Source: a plasmid. Taken from it: 64,000 bases of DNA. Where the stretch lies: the sequence record NZ_CP092205.1; one strand, written 5' to 3'. The position numbers and the translations under genes are program-made. The notes beneath the pieces were generated by a model. The model searched no databases. It was not told the DNA's origin and saw only the letters and a program-made list of their open reading frames with translations. Below are positions 55,971 through 64,000 of this stretch, piece by piece (the stretch's first letter is position 1; each line of letters starts with the position of its first letter).

Positions 55971-57371
55971 ATGATTCTCTTTTCAAAAAAACAAAGGATA
56001 TTTCATACTAAAGAAATCAAACAGGACTTTACAATTTCTTCGAATATATGGATTCGAGATCATCGCCTAAGCTGGAAGGCCCGTGGCCTTTTAATCTTTA
56101 TTTTACAACTTCCTCCCGACTGGTCTGTAAATAGCGAGGAGTTGCAAACTCATGCTTCGGACAAAAGAGAAAGTACGATCGCCGGACTCCGGGAGCTTGA
56201 GCATTTTGGTTACGCTGAGCTAAGCCGTGAAAGGGATCCACAAACCGGAAGAATCACACAAGCCTGGTATTTTTTTGAGACTTCCAAGAAACCGTACGTT
56301 TTGACGGCTAAGGAAAGTAACAAAAAGGTTAAATCGAAGGCCGACTTAGGGCCTGGATTATTTGACATACCGGAAGAGCCGGAACCGAAATCACCAGGAA
56401 CGGTTTTTCCAGTCCCGGTGGATCCGGCACCGGTTTTCCCAGAAGTGGAAAGCCCGGCTTCGGTAAAACAGCCCTTACTAAGTACTAAAAACAAAGTACT
56501 AATGGACCAAATCCTAAAAAACCAAAACTCAAATACTTCTAGAGAGAAGGACTTGGCAGAACGTCTTCATAAAAACGTAAACAGTCCAAATGAAAAACAC
56601 ACACCCTGGAACTTCCCGGCTCTTTGGCTTGAATCCTTCCAAAGGGTGTACAGCCAGGAACATGGAATGTCTATGGGGGAGCCGATTTCCGAACTCAAGA
56701 GTTTGCAATGGATATACAAGACTACAAACGGAGATTGGAGCCAGGTTCATTTCAAAATTCAAATCCTAATACAACTTAGAAGCGAAGACGGGAATTTTTG
56801 GGCAAAGCAGGCAGTGAGTCCGGAAACACTTTCTAAATTTTGGACGCGGTTATTTCCTCAGGATCAAAGAAGACAAGCTTCAAAAGAAAGATATCCAAAA
56901 AGAAAAAATGAAACTGCGCCAAATAAAAAAGACATCCCGCTACGAAGGCCTTCCGAGTGTTTTATCGATCCGGATAAACCGGAGCCTAAAACTAGGCATG
57001 AATGTTTTTTGCAGTGGGCAGAGAGAAATCTTTATAATTCATTGATCAACTTCTACAAACAAAATAGGGACCCAGCGACGTATGTGGACGGAAAGAAGAT
57101 TATCTATGAAAAATACTTTAGGGAATGCGCTCCACCCAAGTTTCGAAATTCAGAATTCGAAATAAGGAAAGAATTAACTCGGGGAGCTGCAAAAGAGGAT
57201 GAATCGGATTGTTTAGAAAAATCTGGAACCGGAATCGAAAGTAAAACGACACGTGTCGTTTTACCCTTACTTGCTCCACTTTCAAATGAGGAATTTTCAA
57301 AATCGGATGAGAGGGGGCCAGGAGGCGGCCATGAATACCCGACGGGCGCCAGATTGGCTTTGGTGAAGTAA
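55971..57371 (+). CDS. phage/plasmid replication protein-like (N-terminal winged-helix as in replisome organizer/RepA-type proteins)
   Basis: IWIRDHRLSWKARGLLIFILQLPPDWSVNSEEL...TIAGLRELEHFGY pattern; P/E-rich linker; assignment tentative. Confidence 0.4.
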   Translation: MILFSKKQRIFHTKEIKQDFTISSNIWIRDHRLSWKARGLLIFILQLPPDWSVNSEELQTHASDKRESTIAGLRELEHFGYAELSRERDPQTGRITQAWYFFETSKKPYVLTAKESNKKVKSKADLGPGLFDIPEEPEPKSPGTVFPVPVDPAPVFPEVESPASVKQPLLSTKNKVLMDQILKNQNSNTSREKDLAERLHKNVNSPNEKHTPWNFPALWLESFQRVYSQEHGMSMGEPISELKSLQWIYKTTNGDWSQVHFKIQILIQLRSEDGNFWAKQAVSPETLSKFWTRLFPQDQRRQASKERYPKRKNETAPNKKDIPLRRPSECFIDPDKPEPKTRHECFLQWAERNLYNSLINFYKQNRDPATYVDGKKIIYEKYFRECAPPKFRNSEFEIRKELTRGAAKEDESDCLEKSGTGIESKTTRVVLPLLAPLSNEEFSKSDERGPGGGHEYPTGARLALVK

Positions 57372-57634
57372 TGAACCGGATTTTAAAGGAAGAGTTTCAT
57401 ATTTACCAACACTTGCCGCCAACTACCAATACTCCCCGGCTATGGGGGGCGATAGGGCAGTGTTTTGAAGGACCAGAAGGAATGGAGAAAGCGATCTCGA
57501 CGGCTACTGAACTTCAAGGAATCGCACCCGAAGGAGTTGAGTATTCGGTCCAGCGATACGAATACGGAATCCACCGGAAAAATCGACCGAGTAAAACAAA
57601 AATCTGGCGAAACGGAATTTTAATCGATGCGTAA
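57371..57634 (+). CDS. hypothetical protein
   Basis: 87-aa ORF overlapping stop of previous gene. Confidence 0.3.
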   Translation: MNRILKEEFHIYQHLPPTTNTPRLWGAIGQCFEGPEGMEKAISTATELQGIAPEGVEYSVQRYEYGIHRKNRPSKTKIWRNGILIDA

Positions 57635-58070
57635 GAAAATATTTTTCCAAAATGAGAGAAGAATTTCGTATAATCTTTCTGGATCTTGGGCCCATGGGTT
57701 AAAATCTATCGAAACCGGATTGATCCATTTGATTTGGGGGCCTACAATTTTGGATTTCAAATCTTTTTAGTTCTCTCATAAACCCTGAAACGCCGATTTC
57801 ACAGTAGGCAACAAAGATTCACGGGATTACGGATGAAAGAGTGCAAACGCTCCAAAGCTTTCGGATATCAAAGACAGGATTAAGGATTTTATTTCCGATC
57901 TTCCCCTTTGTGGTTACAATATCATCAAATTTCATATTTCCTTGATGAAGAACGATTTTGCTCGAATCGGAGACTTGTGCTTCCTTTGCTTGTAATTGAT
58001 CCTTAAGGGAGTCTTCTCCGATAAAGTAGTGTAATTTACATTCTGATTTGCCAAAGAAGGTCCAGTCAGG

Positions 58071-59102
58071 ATGGAACAAAATTTAAGAAACCAAATTTTC
58101 ATTGGAGATGCTTTAGAACATCTTCGCACATTCCCATCGAATTATTTTCATGTCGTCGTTTGCTCGCCTCCTTACTTTCGCTTACGTGACTATGGCCATC
58201 CGGGACAGATCGGACTGGAAGATGCTCCCGGAGAATATCTGAATCGACTGGTCGAAGTCTTTCGAGAAATCAGACGAGTTTTGCATCCGGAAGGTACGGC
58301 CTGGGTAAACCTTGGGGATTCTTATAATTCTGGAAGCAAGAAGGAAAATGGACCGAATCAAATAAGTTCTTCTATCACCCAGAGTAAAAAAGGTTCGATG
58401 AACCAGTCGTCATTTAATTTGGCGACAAGGGTTGCGGGACTTAAGAAAAAAGATTTGATAGGGATACCTTGGCGAGTCGCATTTGCCTTACAAGAAGACG
58501 GTTGGTATCTCAGGCAGGATATTATTTGGAATAAACCAAATCCAATGCCTTCACCTGTGAAAGACAGATGTACAACAGCACATGAATATATCTTTCTTCT
58601 GACTAAAGAATCCAGTTATTATTTCGATGCGGATGCAATTTCAGAACCGGCAGTAAGTTTGATACCGGGTCACAAAAGTTTTCGCTCCAATGCTTTAGAA
58701 ATTGCAAATCAAGGTAGAACTGTGTTTCACAGCAAAAGGGGGACGTCCGCTCGCGTTTATCGGGAGCGCCGAAATAAAAGATCGGTTTGGACTGTTACAA
58801 CAGCCCCATCCAAAACTTCACATACCGCGACTTTTCCTAGGGAATTAATCTCAAGTTGTATCAAAGCTGGAACGAGTAGAATCGGTGTTTGCAAAATTTG
58901 TGGGAGCCAATACAAAGAAAAGTCTGTCTCATCTTGTGAACATCCATACGACCCCGTACCGCCGCGTGTTTGTGATCCATTTTTTGGATCGGGAACTACG
59001 GGAATCGTGGCTTTGGATTTAGGTTGCGAATTTACAGGGATAGAAATCGTCCCAAAATTTGCGGATGAGGCGGAAAAAAGAATCGGTCCGAGGCTTTTCT
59101 AA
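58071..59102 (+). CDS. DNA methyltransferase, beta-class amino-MTase (N6A or N4C)
   Basis: motif IV VVCSPPYF near N-terminus and motif I DPFFGSGTTG near C-terminus. Confidence 0.85.
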   Translation: MEQNLRNQIFIGDALEHLRTFPSNYFHVVVCSPPYFRLRDYGHPGQIGLEDAPGEYLNRLVEVFREIRRVLHPEGTAWVNLGDSYNSGSKKENGPNQISSSITQSKKGSMNQSSFNLATRVAGLKKKDLIGIPWRVAFALQEDGWYLRQDIIWNKPNPMPSPVKDRCTTAHEYIFLLTKESSYYFDADAISEPAVSLIPGHKSFRSNALEIANQGRTVFHSKRGTSARVYRERRNKRSVWTVTTAPSKTSHTATFPRELISSCIKAGTSRIGVCKICGSQYKEKSVSSCEHPYDPVPPRVCDPFFGSGTTGIVALDLGCEFTGIEIVPKFADEAEKRIGPRLF

Positions 59103-59176
59103 GTCTTGTAACTTTGAGGTTTTGGAAAGAAAAATGACTTTACTAAATTTTATCCGGAACCAGAAATTTAGTCCGT

Positions 59177-59923
59177 ATGAAAATAGACTACTCAGACTCC
59201 TTTCAAATTAAACAATCTGATCTTATAAAACATCCAAATTTGATATCCCGAGAAGTTCCCAAAGAGGAAGAAGACGCATTCAACGAGAATATCAAAAATA
59301 ACGGGGTTACAGAAGCCATAATTGTCGTAAAACACCCGACAAAAAACGGGAAATATTGGCTCTTAAACGGAGACCGTCGATCAAAGGGTAACAAAAAGGC
59401 AAATCATCCGACGATTTTAGCAAAAATGGTTCTTTCGGACCTTACTGATGATGTTCGCCGGTATGTAATGTATTCGGTTAATAATTCCGGTCTTGCGATG
59501 AGCGATGAAGATACGGTAAAAGCAATCATCAAAGAATTTGGAAAGGAAAGAATACTCAAAGAGTTTCGTGGGAATATTTCACCGGAGGAAAGAAAGAAGT
59601 TAGGACCTCCTTTGTCTGAAGTTTTAACAAAAACTTTCGGAAGATCTCAGAGGACTAACCAGCGCTACCTAAAAGCGGCAAAAGCGATCCTTTCGGGAAA
59701 TGAATCGACTCCGATTCAACTCAAAGATCTTGATAAAAAGAAACTTTCGACCATACACAAAATTGTGAAACAAGTTCAAAGTATTGATTCGCAAACAAAA
59801 AAACTGCAAATCGAAAAAGCTAAATTAGCAAAACAACTCCGTCCATACGGCGGATTAAAACACGCAATCGAACTGGACTTGGAGAATCAAAAAAAGAAGA
59901 AGAAATTAAAAACAAAAAAATAG
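59177..59923 (+). CDS. ParB-like nuclease-domain protein
   Basis: N-terminal region resembles ParB/Srx domain; K-rich C-terminus. Confidence 0.4.
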   Translation: MKIDYSDSFQIKQSDLIKHPNLISREVPKEEEDAFNENIKNNGVTEAIIVVKHPTKNGKYWLLNGDRRSKGNKKANHPTILAKMVLSDLTDDVRRYVMYSVNNSGLAMSDEDTVKAIIKEFGKERILKEFRGNISPEERKKLGPPLSEVLTKTFGRSQRTNQRYLKAAKAILSGNESTPIQLKDLDKKKLSTIHKIVKQVQSIDSQTKKLQIEKAKLAKQLRPYGGLKHAIELDLENQKKKKKLKTKK

Positions 59924-60163
59924 ACAGTCCTTAAAATTTTTTTGTTCTTCCAGGATCCAGAATGGACCCTTTCGGGGCTATAAAGATACGCATGGGGTGT
60001 GCAAGATCAAATCAAACCCCGTTTAATTCTTACGGTGTAATCGGAGGCAAATCCTCCAATCGCACAAATTCCACTGGACCGGATTCAGTTCCATCCAAAG
60101 AACTCAGAACTCTTTGAACGAAAATCCGAGGCCTTTATTCGAAATTTATCGATCGACATCGAT

Positions 60164-60910
60164 ATGTTCGGCTTGCAAGAGCCGATTTCCGTCAGGTATA
60201 TCGAGGAAAATAATACCTATATTTGTCTCTCCGGTGAAAACCGGGTCAACGCAGTCAAGCTTCTTGGATGGACGTTCATTTCCGGTTATATCGTTTCACC
60301 CAAAAATGAAATCGGATATATCATTTCTCGGAATACGAAAAGAAGACATTTCGGACATCAAGGAAGAGTTCGAATCTATCAAGTGTATTGTCCTGAATTT
60401 TTCACAGGGAACAAAATCAAAAACAATCGTTTAGATATAATCTCAAGCGATACCGGAATTTCAATTGCCACTATAAAATCCGATTTAAAGAAAATTCGGT
60501 CGGGTAGCAGTAAAGAAGTCACACTTGAAGAATTACGAGGACTTTGGGAAAAGAAAAAAATTCGAGGACTTCGGGTAAGTATATCCGACTTGTCAGACGG
60601 TAACTTCCTTCTCCAAGTGAACGGTAAAAACCTAAATTATGAGTGGAAAGGAAAATTTAAGGACGTAATTCGGGATTCGGCGGACGCGGCCCGGTCAAAG
60701 TCATTTAATAAGAATTTTAAATTTGAGAATTCAGAAACGGCCTCGAGGATCCGGGAGTTACGAAAAGATGCTCGGATGACTCAGTTTGAACTCGCGCAAG
60801 CTCTCGGATACTCTCAATCCTATATCGCTGAACTAGAAGGCGGAAAGTGGGAATGTTCCACGGCCTTGTTTGAAGACATTGCAATACTCTGCGAGGATAG
60901 AATGAAATGA
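60164..60910 (+). CDS. ParB-like N-terminal domain + XRE HTH protein (N-terminus probably extends upstream to ~60041)
   Basis: in-frame upstream sequence IAQIPLDRIQFHPKNSELFE...EPISVRYIEE has no ATG; C-terminal HTH MTQFELAQALGYSQSYIAELE. Confidence 0.5.
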   Translation: MFGLQEPISVRYIEENNTYICLSGENRVNAVKLLGWTFISGYIVSPKNEIGYIISRNTKRRHFGHQGRVRIYQVYCPEFFTGNKIKNNRLDIISSDTGISIATIKSDLKKIRSGSSKEVTLEELRGLWEKKKIRGLRVSISDLSDGNFLLQVNGKNLNYEWKGKFKDVIRDSADAARSKSFNKNFKFENSETASRIRELRKDARMTQFELAQALGYSQSYIAELEGGKWECSTALFEDIAILCEDRMK

Positions 60911-60923
60911 ATTACAAAATTTC

Positions 60924-61886
60924 GTGCGGAGCATCGGATCGGATTTTACAAAGGACTTTTTCGAAAGTGATCACGAGAACAGCATCGACTGTATCGTAAC
61001 GTCCCCGCCTTACTTTCAGAAACGAAACTATTTGCCCGAAGGACATTCTTTAACTGATTTAGAAATTGGAAGAGAGGCCGCACCTTGGGAATATTTTTTC
61101 CGCCTTGGACTGGTTTTTCGAGAGGCAAAGAAAAGACTTAAAAACTCAGCAACCATCTTCGTCAATATTGGCGACTCGTTTCAGCATGGCCGTGCACTTC
61201 GTATTCCGTCCGGATTTGTGGACATGATGGAAGAAGAGGGATATACCTTTGTCCAGGAAATCGTATGGGCAAAATCGATTTCAACAGATGAGGGGAACAT
61301 AGGTTCATGTAAACCTGAATCCGTAAAAAGGAGATTTACTCAATCTCATGAATACGCTCTTCTTTTTGTTTTGGATCTCGAGAAATATTATATGGATGCT
61401 CGCTCAGTCGCGGTTCCACTCGGAGGAATTCATCACGGGGAAACGGCGCTACCCGCTATTTTGAAATCGATGGGTGCTAACGAACACGGAGAGTATGAGG
61501 GGATGAGTTTAAAGAACTATTCGGATCACAAAGCGGAAAGCCCTTCCGAAATCAAAAAACGAATCTTACAAAACAAAGCTCGATCAAAGGATTTCACTGC
61601 AAGACGGAGGTCAGTTTGGCAGATAGCTACCCCGAATTCGAAAGGTAGGCATACTGCCGTCGGTCCTAAACGTCTATTCGAAATCTGTGTATTGGCCGGG
61701 TGTCCGGAAGGTGGTACAGTTCTCGATCCGTTTATGGGGGAAGGAACCGTAGGAGAGGTTTCGCTAAAGAATGGAAGGAAATTTATTGGAATCGATCTGG
61801 ATGAGAGAAGTTGTTCGGAGGCCGATGATCGATTGTATCGTATTTCAAAGAAATTAGAATATTCTTCCCATTCAATATGGACCTAA
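60924..61886 (+). CDS. second beta-class DNA methyltransferase
   Basis: CIVTSPPYF (motif IV) and DPFMGEGTVG (motif I). Confidence 0.85.
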   Translation: MRSIGSDFTKDFFESDHENSIDCIVTSPPYFQKRNYLPEGHSLTDLEIGREAAPWEYFFRLGLVFREAKKRLKNSATIFVNIGDSFQHGRALRIPSGFVDMMEEEGYTFVQEIVWAKSISTDEGNIGSCKPESVKRRFTQSHEYALLFVLDLEKYYMDARSVAVPLGGIHHGETALPAILKSMGANEHGEYEGMSLKNYSDHKAESPSEIKKRILQNKARSKDFTARRRSVWQIATPNSKGRHTAVGPKRLFEICVLAGCPEGGTVLDPFMGEGTVGEVSLKNGRKFIGIDLDERSCSEADDRLYRISKKLEYSSHSIWT

Positions 61887-61944
61887 ACTTTATCCTTGAA
61901 ACCGTGATTATGATAAAACGAATTCTGTTATAGTTTTTCCCTGA

Positions 61945-62580
61945 ATGGTAGCTAAAAAGAAAGTTCCTGCCCGAAAGACGAAGGGTAGCAAAGACAATGC
62001 GTTATCAAAACGCACGTCTGAATCTGAAAAGCTCCCGGCGAAGATAAAAGAAAAAATTAGGATAGCATACATTCAAGGTGCTACTTCGAGAGAAGAACTC
62101 TGCCGCAAATATAATATCGATTACAAGAAGCTCGACAACTTAATCCAAAGAAACGGTTGGAACGCAGATCGTGAGGAAATTGTAGGAAAAGTGAGGGAAA
62201 AAATGGAGTTTTCCCTGATTTCCAGCGCTTCTACGGCTCTTGCGCGGATGAATACCGAATCTACTGAACTCTTAGATCTTATCCAAAAACGAATCTATGA
62301 TCCTGAGATTTCCAACGAGGATCTTGCCCATCTGATTAAATCTCGAAATACGCTCCTCAGGGAACTACTCCGATCATTGGGTTTACCTGATACTATCCGA
62401 AACGAGTCCGGATCTCCGGATGAGAAAAGCCAATTCAACATTCAGATTATCGCCGGAGTTGGCGAGCTCCCTGGATCGATCGAGAAGGTGATTGGCGGGA
62501 AAACGATTAGTGTCGGCAAGAAAGAAGCTTCTAAAGATAGATCCGGCAAAAGCCAAGACGGAGACGATCCACAGGGATAA
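61945..62580 (+). CDS. hypothetical protein; terminase small-subunit candidate by position
   Basis: HTH-like REELCRKYNIDYKKLDNLIQRNGW; directly upstream of and overlapping terminase large subunit. Confidence 0.3.
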   Translation: MVAKKKVPARKTKGSKDNALSKRTSESEKLPAKIKEKIRIAYIQGATSREELCRKYNIDYKKLDNLIQRNGWNADREEIVGKVREKMEFSLISSASTALARMNTESTELLDLIQKRIYDPEISNEDLAHLIKSRNTLLRELLRSLGLPDTIRNESGSPDEKSQFNIQIIAGVGELPGSIEKVIGGKTISVGKKEASKDRSGKSQDGDDPQG

Positions 62581-63946
62581 GTATTTTTCAGAAAAACAGT
62601 CTCTTGCCCTAGACGAAGATTGGGCAAATCATTCCATCCAAGAACTTTGCTACGACGGTGGAGCTCGTAGCGGGAAAACCTACCTTATAATCAAGGCGAT
62701 TATTTCTCGCGCTTGGATCTCCGCCGGTTCAAGGCACTTAATAGCCAGATACAGACTCAATCATCTAAGGATGAGTGTTTGGAGACAGACCCTTCTTCCG
62801 TGTTTGAAGGAGATGGGATTTTTAAAGGATCGGGATTATACAACCAATGAGAGCGACCATGTTATCACATTCACAAACGGAGCTGAAATCTATGGAGCGG
62901 GCCTTGATGATTCAGATCGTGTTGAGAAGATTATGGGAACGGAATTCAATACCATATTTCTCAACGAAGCGACACAAATTTCTTATCCCACATTTCAAAA
63001 AATAAAAACCAGACTTTCTTATGTAAGGGAAGAACTCACAAACAAACTGATCGTCGATTGTAATCCGAGAAATCGGTTTCATTGGATTTACAAGTATTTT
63101 GTATTAAAACAAGATCCTGAAACGGGAGAAGTTCTTTCCTCCCGAAGACTTAGCAGAATGGCGCGTCGTCATTGGACGCCACTAGATAATCCTTTTATCA
63201 CAGACGAGTACAAACAAATGCTCTCGGAACTAACAGGAGTCGAAAGAGACCGGTTGTATCTGGGACTTTGGATAGACGTTGAAGGTCTGGTCTATCCGAT
63301 GTTTGAGTCGGCAATTGTCGAGCCATTCAAAATTCCGGATACATGGGACTGCGCCGGTGCCGTGGATTTCGGATATACAAATCCGTTTGTTTTCCTTTGG
63401 TTATTTTTCGATAAAGCAAACGAAACCTGGTATTTGGCGGATGAACATTATCTCACAGAACAAACAGTTCGTAAGCACTGTGAACTAATCGGGGATAGAA
63501 GAAAGCCGAATCTTTGGATCGTTGCCGATCACGACGCGGAAGACCGCGCGACGATGGCGGAATGTGGATATGTAACTTTTGCGGCTGATAAAGACGTTTC
63601 AACCGGGATCCAGGCTCTCATAAAATTATTAGAGTCAGACCAGGGTGTAAAATTAAAGATATTTCGAACTTGTGTTCATACGATCGAAGAATTTTCAATT
63701 TATTCTTGGGAACCTCAAAAGGACGGGAGAAACGCGAAAGAGGTGCCTATCAAAAATCACGATCACGCGATGGATGCCTTGCGCTATTGGGCTTTAAAAG
63801 TTATCGGAAGAAAAAAAGATATAATAACAAGATCATATACTACTGTAAAAAATGAAGTAGAAAGTAAACCCAAAACAGCGTCGGATATACGAAACAAGAG
63901 ATTGGGACTGTTTGGGATAGACCCAAATAAATTTTCAAAAAGATAA
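62492..63946 (+). CDS. phage terminase large subunit
   Basis: Walker A YDGGARSGKT, Walker B IFLNEAT, C-terminal nuclease region with conserved D/H residues. Confidence 0.8.
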   Translation: MAGKRLVSARKKLLKIDPAKAKTETIHRDKYFSEKQSLALDEDWANHSIQELCYDGGARSGKTYLIIKAIISRAWISAGSRHLIARYRLNHLRMSVWRQTLLPCLKEMGFLKDRDYTTNESDHVITFTNGAEIYGAGLDDSDRVEKIMGTEFNTIFLNEATQISYPTFQKIKTRLSYVREELTNKLIVDCNPRNRFHWIYKYFVLKQDPETGEVLSSRRLSRMARRHWTPLDNPFITDEYKQMLSELTGVERDRLYLGLWIDVEGLVYPMFESAIVEPFKIPDTWDCAGAVDFGYTNPFVFLWLFFDKANETWYLADEHYLTEQTVRKHCELIGDRRKPNLWIVADHDAEDRATMAECGYVTFAADKDVSTGIQALIKLLESDQGVKLKIFRTCVHTIEEFSIYSWEPQKDGRNAKEVPIKNHDHAMDALRYWALKVIGRKKDIITRSYTTVKNEVESKPKTASDIRNKRLGLFGIDPNKFSKR

Positions 63947-63955
63947 AAGAAGGAT

Positions 63956-64000
63956 ATGATTTTTGACGACTATGACTTCAGTAAACGAGCGCGGATTATA
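63956..64000 (+). CDS. start of next phage gene (partial, runs off window)
   Basis: ATG at 63956 after terminase stop; only 15 codons visible. Confidence 0.2.
   Translation, partial: MIFDDYDFSKRARII

Overview
The window is an AT-rich accessory region whose gene content (kelch-repeat lipoproteins, and IS5/IS630/IS481/IS66-family insertion sequences) looks like a Leptospira-type spirochete. That identification is an inference.

Layout of the window:
- 1-10.2 kb: a defence/TA-rich stretch holding a DUF433/DUF5615 pair, an HsdR-N-like nuclease, an IS5-family IS, a frameshifted IS630 element that truncated a gp49/HigB-like toxin and left an orphan XRE antitoxin, a 141-bp MITE, and a higBA operon with a textbook promoter/operator.
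- 10.3-39.2 kb: an essentially perfect tandem duplication of about 14,049 bp. Copy 1 is 11150-25198 and copy 2 is 25199-39246. The novel junction joins the 3' tip of a giant rhs gene to the middle of an IS481-family transposase through a 4-bp microhomology.
- Each unit carries the following:
  - an Rpn/YhgA-like PD-(D/E)XK nuclease gene with a detached duplicate of its C-terminal domain;
  - a 7-TM membrane protein, a LuxI/NAS-like GNAT acyltransferase, an XRE regulator and two divergent AraC regulators;
  - a kelch lipoprotein gene cleanly split by an IS66 element with an 8-bp target-site duplication;
  - two orphan rhs C-terminal toxin cassettes interleaved with small lipoprotein genes that are candidate immunity genes.
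- 39.1-46.8 kb: the main polymorphic toxin, about 2285 aa. Its domains run SpvB, then FG-GAP, then RHS/YD repeats, then the RHS core, then a His-rich C-terminal tip. An IS5-family element split it in frame with a 3-bp TAA duplication.
- 47.1-51.5 kb: a second IS481-family IS, a kelch/FN3 lipoprotein and a TPR protein.
- 51.7 kb to the end: a plasmid- or prophage-like module. It holds a Rep-like protein, a parA/DUF3102 partition operon flanked by two 30-bp palindromes, a second replication protein, two ParB-like-domain proteins each paired with a beta-class DNA methyltransferase, and a terminase.

No rRNA, tRNA or CRISPR array was recognised.
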